64,000 bases of DNA from a virus (lineage: Duplodnaviria; Caudoviricetes): IMG/VR virus record IMGVR_UViG_3300017722_005389. One strand, 5' to 3'. The translations under genes and the position numbers were made by a program. This document shows positions 7,665 to 16,458 of this stretch, in pieces (position 1 is the stretch's first letter; each line of letters starts with the position of its first letter). Under the pieces are notes generated by a model, which saw only the letters and a list, made by a program, of their open reading frames with translations, was not told the DNA's origin and made no database searches.

Positions 7665-10083
7665 TTTTTCCATCTTCAATCGTTAGTTTTATTTCTCCTG
7701 GTTTATCTTCCAACAAGATTTCAGCTATAATCAATTTAATTTCATCGTTTACGATTCTTTTGAAGGGTCTGAATCCATACTCAATGGTATAATCTCTTTC
7801 CAAAAGAAAATCTATAACTTCTTCAGAAATTTTTAACTTTACATTATGTTTTTCAACTTGTTTTGCAAGTTTATCCAATTCTTTTCTCAAAAGAACCTTT
7901 ATATTTTCTTTTGATAGAATATTGAAATGGATAGTGTTATCAATTCTATTTATAAATTCTGGTTTGAAGAATTTTTTAACTTCTGATTCAACTATGGAAT
8001 GGTCATATTTTTTTTCAGATTTTGCGAAGCTGATTGATGACATATTTCCGATAGCCTTTTTTGTGCCGATGTTTGATGTCAGAATTATGATACTGTTTTT
8101 GAAACTAATTGTTTCGCCTTTATTATCAGTTAATCTACCTTCACCTAAAACCTGCAAAAGAATATCAAAAAGTTTCTCATGAGCTTTTTCAATTTCATCA
8201 AAAAGAATAACTGAAAATGGGTTTCTTTTGACTTTCTCAGTTAAAATTCCTCCTTCATCATATCCAATATATCCTGCAGGTGCGCCTATCAATTTTGCAA
8301 TCTCATGAGGTTGGCTATATTCACTACAGTCAATTCTTATCAATGAATCATTACTTTTAGATATGAACATTGATACTTCTTTAGTAATTTCAGTTTTACC
8401 TACCCCTGAATATCCTATAAATAAAAATGAACCTATAGGTTTATCACTATCATCTAATCCTAGTTTATTAAGCATCATAGTTTTGGTGATAGCGTTGATT
8501 GCCTCATCTTGACCTACAATTTTATCACTTAAGTGTTTTTTCAACAATTTCACATCTAATCCATCATCTGCAATAGGAATCTTTGTTATCTCTTGAACTA
8601 CATTTTTTACATCTTGAAGAGTTATGATTAATTTAGAAGTTTCTTCTTTAGCTTTACCATCTCTTTCAGCTTTTATTTTCGAAAGAATTTTATTTGATTT
8701 CTTTTTAATTTCTTCAGCTAAATGATATGCTTTATTTTTAATAATTTCTAATTTTTTCTCTTCATTTTTTTTGTATTCATCTTGAAGATTATTCAAATTA
8801 TTCGATTGGAATATTTGAAGCCTTTTCTTTGAGGCTACATCATCCATAATATCGATAGCTTTATCTGGAAGTGTTCTATAAGGCATGTATTTGTGGCTTA
8901 ATTCAACACATGCTATAATTGCATCCTGGCTATATGTAACATTATGAGTTTTCTCAAAAGAATCTTTTATGTTATTAAGAATTTTTATTGTGTTTTCTAC
9001 GGAAGGTTCTTCAACCATTACTTCGGAAAATCTTCTTATTAATGCTTTATCCTTTTCAAAATATTTTTTATACTCTGAGGTAGTTGTAGCACCAATTATT
9101 TGAAAAGATTTTCTTGCTAAATAAGGCTTCAGTATATTTGATAAGTCACCACTGCCTTCAGCTGAACCTGCTCCAATAATATTATGAATTTCATCTATAA
9201 AAAGAATTGAATTTTCATTTGAAGAAAGTTCATCTAATATAGCCTGTATTCTTTCTTCGAATACACCTCTATATTTTGTTCCAGCTACAAGCGAATTAAT
9301 ATCTAAAGAATAGATTGTCTTATTTAAAAGCTTTTTAGGAGCACTTCCTCTTACAATGTTAACAACAAGCCCTTCAACCAAATTTGTTTTGCCTACGCCC
9401 TCTCTACCAATCAATACAGCATTTCTTTTTTTGCTTCTGCAAAGTATTCGATATAGTTCGTTAATTGTATCTTCTCTACCGTAACAAGGATCGAGTTTAT
9501 TTTCACTAGCTAATTGTGTGAAATTGGTACAATACTTCTCTAAATTAAAATTTTTTGAAGTCGGTTGTTTTGGAGATCTGATTGAATATGCTTCAGCAAA
9601 TTCAAATCCACCATCATAATCTTCTTCAAAATCCATTGCTTCTAAATCTTCAGCAATTTCTTTAAATTTTTCATGGTTAACATGAAAATCATTGAAGACC
9701 TCAGTTAATTCGTTTTCAATTTGTAAGCAAGATAGAAAAATATCTACAATACTGGCTTCAGTTTTTACTTCAAATTTTATAGCATTTTCTAAAGAAAATT
9801 GTAAAATTTCATTAAGTATTTTACAATTTTTTATAGATTTCTGTTTTGTCTCTTGAGATTTGATATTTTCTACCCTTACAATTTCAACACTTTCTGTCAA
9901 TAAATCGACATCAATATTCATTTCCTCTAAAACAGATGTGACTACATTATATTTTTTATCATTTAGAATTGAAAATATTAAATGCGAAACTCTTATCTCT
10001 GAATCTTTATCTTTTACCCTTGCGTAGTTTTCAGCTTTCTTAAGGCAGCTGTCTGCAACTTCATCAAATTTTTCCATATGCAC
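7648..10083 (-). CDS. clpC: ClpC/ClpB-family double AAA+ chaperone
   Basis: Clp N-domain, GREGVGKT/ILFIDEIH, short coiled-coil middle domain, GYSGVGKT/VILFDEIEKAH, FKPEFINRID. Confidence 0.9.
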   Translation of the reverse strand: MHMEKFDEVADSCLKKAENYARVKDKDSEIRVSHLIFSILNDKKYNVVTSVLEEMNIDVDLLTESVEIVRVENIKSQETKQKSIKNCKILNEILQFSLENAIKFEVKTEASIVDIFLSCLQIENELTEVFNDFHVNHEKFKEIAEDLEAMDFEEDYDGGFEFAEAYSIRSPKQPTSKNFNLEKYCTNFTQLASENKLDPCYGREDTINELYRILCRSKKRNAVLIGREGVGKTNLVEGLVVNIVRGSAPKKLLNKTIYSLDINSLVAGTKYRGVFEERIQAILDELSSNENSILFIDEIHNIIGAGSAEGSGDLSNILKPYLARKSFQIIGATTTSEYKKYFEKDKALIRRFSEVMVEEPSVENTIKILNNIKDSFEKTHNVTYSQDAIIACVELSHKYMPYRTLPDKAIDIMDDVASKKRLQIFQSNNLNNLQDEYKKNEEKKLEIIKNKAYHLAEEIKKKSNKILSKIKAERDGKAKEETSKLIITLQDVKNVVQEITKIPIADDGLDVKLLKKHLSDKIVGQDEAINAITKTMMLNKLGLDDSDKPIGSFLFIGYSGVGKTEITKEVSMFISKSNDSLIRIDCSEYSQPHEIAKLIGAPAGYIGYDEGGILTEKVKRNPFSVILFDEIEKAHEKLFDILLQVLGEGRLTDNKGETISFKNSIIILTSNIGTKKAIGNMSSISFAKSEKKYDHSIVESEVKKFFKPEFINRIDNTIHFNILSKENIKVLLRKELDKLAKQVEKHNVKLKISEEVIDFLLERDYTIEYGFRPFKRIVNDEIKLIIAEILLEDKPGEIKLTIEDGKIKAAF

Positions 10084-10144
10084 ACCTTTTCTATAAATAG
10101 TTTTTCTTTTATATAATTTTAAATGATATTTATAATAAAATACA

Positions 10145-10447
10145 ATGTTATTGTTAGAAAATAAATCAGAAAATGGAAGTATATGTTATTTTGATTCCTC
10201 AAATATTCTTGCTTGCAAGTATAACCAGGGGTCTAAACAATTGGCAATCATATTCAAAGGCGGGACCCAGTACGTTTATGAAGGAATCGAAAATTACAAT
10301 TTTCAAAGACTAAAAGTTGCAGAAAGCCAAGGAAAACATTTTATAGGTTACATAAAAAATAAATTTAAATTTACAAAGGTAGATGGAGTTATGGATGTAA
10401 CACCTATAATTGAAACAATAAATGAACTTAAAAAAAATATCATATGA
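10145..10447 (+). CDS. KTSC domain protein
   Basis: SSNI..Y....L.I.FKGG..Y.Y......AESQGK.F...IK pattern. Confidence 0.8.
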   Translation: MLLLENKSENGSICYFDSSNILACKYNQGSKQLAIIFKGGTQYVYEGIENYNFQRLKVAESQGKHFIGYIKNKFKFTKVDGVMDVTPIIETINELKKNII

Positions 10448-11445
10448 ATTTAGTTGTTACTGAAGAAGTATTTAAAAATATTAAAAATATCAGGAATCGT
10501 ATAGGAGAAGGATTTGACCTTTCATCTTTTAGAATGAAGCAAACTCTTTGCCCAGATATTTTTGATGAAAATAAAAAAATGATTCCAGAGGTTAGAAAAA
10601 ACCTTTTGAAAGTTGGGCGAGATTTTTATGATTACTGTAATATTGAATGGGTTGATCTTAAAGATATAATTTTGACAGGTTCATTAGCTAATTATAATTG
10701 GTCTGAATATTCAGATGTAGATTTACATATTGTAGTTGACTATTCTGAAATTTCTAAAAATACAGAATTGGTTAATGAATTTGCATGGTCTAAAAAGGAA
10801 CTATGGAATCAAAATCATGATATTTTTGTGAAAAAATTTCCAATAGAACTTTATATGCAAGATTCTGAAGCAGAATTGATTTCTGGTGGTGTATATTCAG
10901 TTCTTTATGATAAATGGCTTAGAATGCCAGTTATGCAAGATTATAAATTTGATGAAAGTTTGATTCAAAGGATAATTGGATTTTTCGAAGGGAAATTTAA
11001 TGCTTTAAATAGAAGATTTCTTAGTGGTGATTTGGATGGGTTATTTGATGATATAAATGCACTTAAAAAAGCAATTGCAGATTTAAGAAAAAGAGGTTTA
11101 AAAGATGGTGGCGAGGGATCTGTTGGAAATATTGCATTTAAAAGTTTGAGAAGGATGGGATTATTAGATAAACTTGATGGTATAAAATCAGATGTTTATG
11201 ATAGTCAAAGTTCTTATGGTTATGAGCCTCCAAAACCTAGAGTTGTCGCACAACCTAAGATGCCTGAAAAAGAAGAAGATAAATCTATAAAGCCAGGATT
11301 AGGTAGATATATGATTTTAGGAAAAAGATATACGTCTTTAAGACAAGCTGAAAGAAAATTGGGTATACCTAAATCTACTTTGCAATATAGAGTGAAATCT
11401 GATAATCCAGAATTTTCGCAATATAAAGAATTAGAATCATTTTAA
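10444..11445 (+). CDS. Pol-beta-superfamily nucleotidyltransferase with C-terminal HTH
   Basis: LTGSLANYNWSEYSDVDLH (GS..DxD), PIELY; C-terminal YTSLRQAERKLGIPKSTL (NUMOD1-like HTH). Confidence 0.75.
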   Translation: MNLVVTEEVFKNIKNIRNRIGEGFDLSSFRMKQTLCPDIFDENKKMIPEVRKNLLKVGRDFYDYCNIEWVDLKDIILTGSLANYNWSEYSDVDLHIVVDYSEISKNTELVNEFAWSKKELWNQNHDIFVKKFPIELYMQDSEAELISGGVYSVLYDKWLRMPVMQDYKFDESLIQRIIGFFEGKFNALNRRFLSGDLDGLFDDINALKKAIADLRKRGLKDGGEGSVGNIAFKSLRRMGLLDKLDGIKSDVYDSQSSYGYEPPKPRVVAQPKMPEKEEDKSIKPGLGRYMILGKRYTSLRQAERKLGIPKSTLQYRVKSDNPEFSQYKELESF

Positions 11446-11474
11446 TACATTAAGACTATTTATTATAAAAATAT

Positions 11475-11720
11475 ATGGCTATAAAAGAACCTTGGAATAT
11501 TTATGAAGGATACCCTGTGAATTGTGATTGTGAAAAACAAGAAATGGGGTTAAATAATATTGCAAATTGGGGTGCTATTTCTGGAAACTCAATTGATTAT
11601 ACATATGATGGTTTAGGAAACGTTATTTCAGCTACTTATAAAAAAGATGGTGTGACAGCATTTACTTTAAACTATGCATATGATGGATTAGGAAATGTTA
11701 TAAGTATTACAACCACATAA
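11475..11720 (+). CDS. Small protein with two YD repeats
   Basis: YTYDGLGNVIS and YAYDGLGNVIS. Confidence 0.65.
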   Translation: MAIKEPWNIYEGYPVNCDCEKQEMGLNNIANWGAISGNSIDYTYDGLGNVISATYKKDGVTAFTLNYAYDGLGNVISITTT

Positions 11721-11724
11721 GAAA

Positions 11725-12150
11725 ATGCGTTGCAAACAATATGAAATAAATGAAAAAATAGTTTGTGCTAAAGTGTGCTTTAATAGATTTAATGATGCAC
11801 CGTTAGCAAGATTTTCGTTTTCTGATTCCATATTGAGCGATAATTCTACATATTTTGATGATGGAGATACAATTCAAAGAGAAATCCGTTGGAAAGTGTA
11901 TGTTGGAAATTATTTTTTTTATGATTTTGGCTGGAATAATCTTTCGGATATTGTTCCTAATTATCCTGTCTTTACAACATATGGAGATTTAAATTTAGGA
12001 TTAAATAACACATATATTTTGAGTTTTTTAAATTCTTTAGAATCAGTAATAATTCCGATTGGAACTAAATTGTGTATTCGATTAGATATAAAAGATTCAT
12101 CTGGAATTGAAAGTACAAATATATCAAACAATTATTGTTTTACAAAATAA
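11725..12150 (+). CDS. Hypothetical protein (PKD/Ig-like beta-sandwich possible)
   Basis: 141 aa; P.A.FSFS ... W.V ... I.L.I.D.SG pattern. Confidence 0.5.
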   Translation: MRCKQYEINEKIVCAKVCFNRFNDAPLARFSFSDSILSDNSTYFDDGDTIQREIRWKVYVGNYFFYDFGWNNLSDIVPNYPVFTTYGDLNLGLNNTYILSFLNSLESVIIPIGTKLCIRLDIKDSSGIESTNISNNYCFTK

Positions 12151-12155
12151 AAAAT

Positions 12156-13688
12156 ATGGACTTAAAAGGAATAGATGCTTTAAATAAAGCAAGCAGATTG
12201 ATGGAATCTTTGATTGTACCTGAGAAAAAAGATTCGTTTTCTAATGTAGAAAAAACTTATAATGCTGCTAATGGAAAAACTTACGGTATTGTTAAAGAAG
12301 GTGCAAAATATGTTATTAAAGAAAGTCTTTTTTTTAAGGCATATTTACCTGAACATTTTGATTATATTCAAGGAGTTCAAAATAAATCAAAATATTCAAA
12401 AGAAACTATTTTAGAGGCTGAAAAAATAATTCATCTTTGGGATATTGAATTTAAAAGGATTCATGGAAATAAATTCTTGAAAGAACAAGAAGAAAATAAG
12501 AAAATGGTTTTGAAAGTGCCTGCACCAAAAGCTACAGCTGCGGATGTTCCAATGGATATGCCAGTGGATACTCCTGCAGGTGGCGCAGGTGATGCACCAA
12601 TGGATGTACCTGTAGAAGGTGGGGAAATGCCTGCAGAAGGTGGGGAAATGCCTGCTGGAGCTGGAGCTGATATGCCTGCAGAAGCTGGAGCTGATATGCC
12701 TGCAGAAGCTGGAGCTGATATGCCAATGGATATGCCAGAAGATGGTGCTGATGATGAAGAGGGTGATGATGAAGAGGATCCAACAAAACTTATTCAGAAG
12801 TTGGCTGGCAAACTCGCTTATGAACTCAGAGAGTTCCAAGGTGAAGATGAAGAATATGGAGACCTTGCAAATTTTGCATTAGGTATGGTTGCTGCTGCAG
12901 TAAATCCTGAAAAACTTTCAACATCTGATATCAAAAAATTAAAAAAGAAAGTTGATAAAAATCTTAAGAAAGATTCTGGTGAATTAGATTTGGATTATCC
13001 AGGTTCTGAAGAAGATATGCCTGAAGATAGTGATGAAATGCCTGAAGATAGTGGGGATACAGAAGAAATGCCTGAAACAGAGGGTGGTGAAGAAGGAATG
13101 GAAAAATCATTGGCGGAAATATTTAAAAGAATGAAAAAATCCAATAAAAAATTGTCTGATAAACAGCGTAAAAATTTGGATAACAATAAAGATGGTAAAT
13201 TAACAGGAATAGATTTTAAAATGTTTCATCAAAAAGGAAATACTGAAAAATCTTTGAAAGAATTTAAAGATTATGCTATGAATATGATGGAAGATGATAG
13301 TGATGTTTACTTTGAAGAAAATCCTGATAACTTATTATTAGATAATCCTTTGAATGAATATAGTGATTTATATGAAGATGATTATCTTTCTGAAGAAGAT
13401 TATCTTTCTGAAGAAGATTATTTGAATGAAGAAGATTATTTGAATGAAGAAGATTATTTGAACGAAGAAGATGAATTTTCTGAAGAAGAATATTTGAGAG
13501 AATTTAATAAATTACATGAAGATGATTATCTTTCTGAATATGACTTGATGGAAGATGATTATTTGAATGAAGAAGATTATCTCTCTGAATATGACTTGAT
13601 GGAAGATGATTATTTAAATGAAGATGACATTATGTTTGAAATAGATGAAGACACCTTTCAAGAATCGTTTAAAAAAAAAGCCAGGTAG
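12156..13688 (+). CDS. Acidic low-complexity prohead core/scaffold-like protein
   Basis: Pro/Ala/Gly linker, EF-hand-like DNNKDGKLTGIDF, EDYLxE repeats; ends at an A9 run (see findings). ORF track starts at 12135. Confidence 0.6.
   Translation: MDLKGIDALNKASRLMESLIVPEKKDSFSNVEKTYNAANGKTYGIVKEGAKYVIKESLFFKAYLPEHFDYIQGVQNKSKYSKETILEAEKIIHLWDIEFKRIHGNKFLKEQEENKKMVLKVPAPKATAADVPMDMPVDTPAGGAGDAPMDVPVEGGEMPAEGGEMPAGAGADMPAEAGADMPAEAGADMPMDMPEDGADDEEGDDEEDPTKLIQKLAGKLAYELREFQGEDEEYGDLANFALGMVAAAVNPEKLSTSDIKKLKKKVDKNLKKDSGELDLDYPGSEEDMPEDSDEMPEDSGDTEEMPETEGGEEGMEKSLAEIFKRMKKSNKKLSDKQRKNLDNNKDGKLTGIDFKMFHQKGNTEKSLKEFKDYAMNMMEDDSDVYFEENPDNLLLDNPLNEYSDLYEDDYLSEEDYLSEEDYLNEEDYLNEEDYLNEEDEFSEEEYLREFNKLHEDDYLSEYDLMEDDYLNEEDYLSEYDLMEDDYLNEDDIMFEIDEDTFQESFKKKAR
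12660..12724 (+). repeat. 24-bp coding tandem repeat (AGADMPAE)
   Basis: GCTGGAGCTGATATGCCTGCAGAA twice plus a partial copy. Confidence 0.9.
13374..13625 (+). repeat. 18-bp and 51-bp coding tandem repeats (EEDYLS/N-E; EDDYLSEYDLMEDDYLN)
   Basis: GAAGAAGATTATCTTTCT / GAAGAAGATTATTTGAAT units followed by two 17-codon units. Confidence 0.85.
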
Positions 13689-13845
13689 TAAAACCAAAAT
13701 ATGACGGTGTGCATACAGAAAGAATAAAGTCTCCAAAGAATAAAGAAAAAATCACCAGAGCACCTGATGGTACTCCTATTGGAAGATATGATGGAGATGA
13801 TGATTACTATATAACACACAGTCCAAAGAATTTTAGAATGTTCAA

Positions 13846-14250
13846 ATGAAGTTAGTTTTTATAAATCATATTGGAGAGAACTTTCAGGGATATAGTTACT
13901 ATGAATTATTATTCTCTGAAAGTTCTTTAGAAGATGTAACAGGTGACGATTGGGATGCATATCCTGCCAATGGAAATCCGAAGGTTCCTATTGATTATGT
14001 GGATTTAGCATATCGTCTTGAAACCGAAATAGAGTTTGAATTGATACAAAATCATGTTTCTTTTGATATGTCAGATTGCAAACAAGGAATTATTCCTCTT
14101 GCTTGGGAATCTGAAAAGGATGAAGAAACAATCGAAAGGAGACTTTTTTTTAAATTTGGTGAAAAATTAGAATCCGTTAAATCAAAATTATATGAAAAAG
14201 ATATATTTATAGAGAAAATATATGGAGAAGAAAAAAAACATGTTGATTGA
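13846..14250 (+). CDS. Hypothetical protein
   Basis: 134-aa ORF in the head gene region. Confidence 0.75.
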   Translation: MKLVFINHIGENFQGYSYYELLFSESSLEDVTGDDWDAYPANGNPKVPIDYVDLAYRLETEIEFELIQNHVSFDMSDCKQGIIPLAWESEKDEETIERRLFFKFGEKLESVKSKLYEKDIFIEKIYGEEKKHVD

Positions 14251-14572
14251 GAGGCTTGTAAAAAAAGCTTATTTGTTCGAAGAAACCGAACCAAAATCAC
14301 CAGAAGAGCTTGATAAAATGATATCAACAATTAGAACAACCAGTTTAAATCTAAAAAAGGAGTTGTTAAATTTAGGAGTTCAAGAAACTTCTGATAGAAC
14401 AAATCCTATTAACATTTTAACAGATGTTTACAATTTATTGGCTGAATACGATCCAGTTTCAAATAAAATATTAAAGAATCCTAAATTCATGAAATCGGAT
14501 GCATCTAAAGCAATGCAAGATGTTGTATCGGAAACAAAATCTTCTAAGAAGATCAAATATTACGGATTGTAA
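14240..14572 (+). CDS. Hypothetical protein
   Basis: ORF track 14222..14572; likely start MLIERL; followed by a terminator. Confidence 0.65.
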   Translation: MLIERLVKKAYLFEETEPKSPEELDKMISTIRTTSLNLKKELLNLGVQETSDRTNPINILTDVYNLLAEYDPVSNKILKNPKFMKSDASKAMQDVVSETKSSKKIKYYGL

Positions 14573-14595
14573 TCAATTTTATTCAAAAGATAGTT

Positions 14596-14625
14596 GGTGG
14601 ATTTCTTATGAAATCCACCTTTTTC
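14596..14625 (+). terminator. Intrinsic terminator
   Basis: GGTGGATTTC-TTAT-GAAATCCACC then T run. Confidence 0.8.
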
Positions 14626-14654
14626 TTTTTAAAAGATATTTATAAGAAAAATAA

Positions 14655-16424
14655 ATGCTTACTAAAGCAGATATACAAAAAGAATACATTACAGGATTAA
14701 TAAATCCTGCGTATACAATTGAAAAACATTTGAAGGCATTCGACCTTACTAAAGGTGGTTATGTCCCTTTCAAACTATTTCCCAGACAAAAGGAAATTAT
14801 ATCTTGTTATGAGAGGGTCCGAAACAATATTGTTACAAAACCTCGTCAGACAGGTGTGTCTACTACCACTCAAGCATACCTCGCTTGTAAGGCTGCTTAT
14901 ACAGACCCAAATAAGCCTGAAGTGATTATAGTTATTGCAAACAAATTTGCTTCAGCTAAAAAGTTTTTAGCAGGTGTAAGAATGTTTCTTTCCCACATGC
15001 CAAGATATGTTTGGGGTGAATTTTATGATGAGAGAAAAAGAGTTGAACCCTATATTGATGGTAAAGGTGCAGCAGAATCCATAACACTTCTCAATGGAAC
15101 CAAAATTATAGCCTTAGCTACCTCTCCAGATGCCCTTCGTGGTTATACTCCTACTTATTTGGTAATAGATGAGGCTGCATATGTAGAAACTCAAGCAAGA
15201 GAACTTTATAATGCTTCTATGGCAGCTCTTTCTACAGGTGGAAAAATGATAATTATTTCAACTCCTAATGGAAAGGATGAACTTTATTATAAAACTTATA
15301 TAAATGCAAAATCTGGTGAAAATGGATTCAATATTATTCACTTAAAATGGTATGAAGATCCTCGTTATAATAAAGGTTTGGAATGGCATAAGGAAGATGA
15401 TTTAGGTAAAGTTGAAATCGTTAAGGAAATTGATTACACTTTTGCTTCTTTTGAAAAAATGGAAAAAGCTGGTTATAAACCTATAGCTCCTTGGTATAAG
15501 ACTATGTGTAGTATGTTAAATAATGATAAGTTGGCTATTGCACGAGAATTAGATGTAAAATTTGAAGGTTCTGCAGGAACAGTTGTTGAGCAAGAATGGA
15601 TTGAATACCATGAAAGAGTGAATGTGAGAGAACCTATTGAAAAACACGAACAAGAAGATCGTTTATGGGTTTATGAGCATCCTGTTGAAGGGCATGAATA
15701 TATTATGGGTGTCGATGTTTCTAGTGGTAATTCAGATGACTTTTCAGCAGTTGTTGTAATTGACACTACTACTGGAGATCAAGTTTTAGAATACAAAGGA
15801 AAGATAAGACCTGAATATCTTGCAGAGATTGTATTTAAATGGGGGAATATTTATTCTGCTTTAACAATAGTGGATACTACAGGTGGATACGGTGATAACT
15901 GTATTTTAAAACTTCAAGAATTTGGTTATAAGTATTTGTATTACTCCAAAGGAAATAATCCTGAATTTATGAAGAAAAAACCTCAATATGGTGTAAATGA
16001 AAACAAATTAGTTGCAGGCTATAAAATAAGTTCAAAAAGACCGCAAATTATAGGTAAACTAACAGGTGTTATTGAAGAAAATGATTTCAAAATAAGGTCA
16101 AGTAGATTTGTTGCAGAACTTGAAACTTTTGTTTGGGTTAACGGTAGACCTGACCATACTCCAGGATTTAATGATGACTTGATTATGGCTGCAGCTTTGG
16201 CATTTTGGGTGTTGGAAACTGAATTTAAAAGTCTTGAGAAAGCAAAAGCTCAAACTAAAAGTATTCTTAGTGTACTTGGAAATGGAGGTAATAAATCTCC
16301 GAGAGAGAAGAGTAATCTTAATAGTAGTTACAGCGGAGGGTTTACAACTCCTTCACATGTGAAAAGTAATAAAATTACATCATCACAGGATCCTACAGGT
16401 GAACATAGTTGGCTTTTTATGTAA
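14655..16424 (+). CDS. terL: Terminase large subunit (T4 gp17-like)
   Basis: KPRQTGVST Walker A, LVIDEAA Walker B, ISTPNG, RNase H-like MGVDVSSG and DDLIMA. Confidence 0.92.
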   Translation: MLTKADIQKEYITGLINPAYTIEKHLKAFDLTKGGYVPFKLFPRQKEIISCYERVRNNIVTKPRQTGVSTTTQAYLACKAAYTDPNKPEVIIVIANKFASAKKFLAGVRMFLSHMPRYVWGEFYDERKRVEPYIDGKGAAESITLLNGTKIIALATSPDALRGYTPTYLVIDEAAYVETQARELYNASMAALSTGGKMIIISTPNGKDELYYKTYINAKSGENGFNIIHLKWYEDPRYNKGLEWHKEDDLGKVEIVKEIDYTFASFEKMEKAGYKPIAPWYKTMCSMLNNDKLAIARELDVKFEGSAGTVVEQEWIEYHERVNVREPIEKHEQEDRLWVYEHPVEGHEYIMGVDVSSGNSDDFSAVVVIDTTTGDQVLEYKGKIRPEYLAEIVFKWGNIYSALTIVDTTGGYGDNCILKLQEFGYKYLYYSKGNNPEFMKKKPQYGVNENKLVAGYKISSKRPQIIGKLTGVIEENDFKIRSSRFVAELETFVWVNGRPDHTPGFNDDLIMAAALAFWVLETEFKSLEKAKAQTKSILSVLGNGGNKSPREKSNLNSSYSGGFTTPSHVKSNKITSSQDPTGEHSWLFM

Positions 16425-16458
16425 ATAAAATATATTAGTAATAAAGAATTTAATTGTA

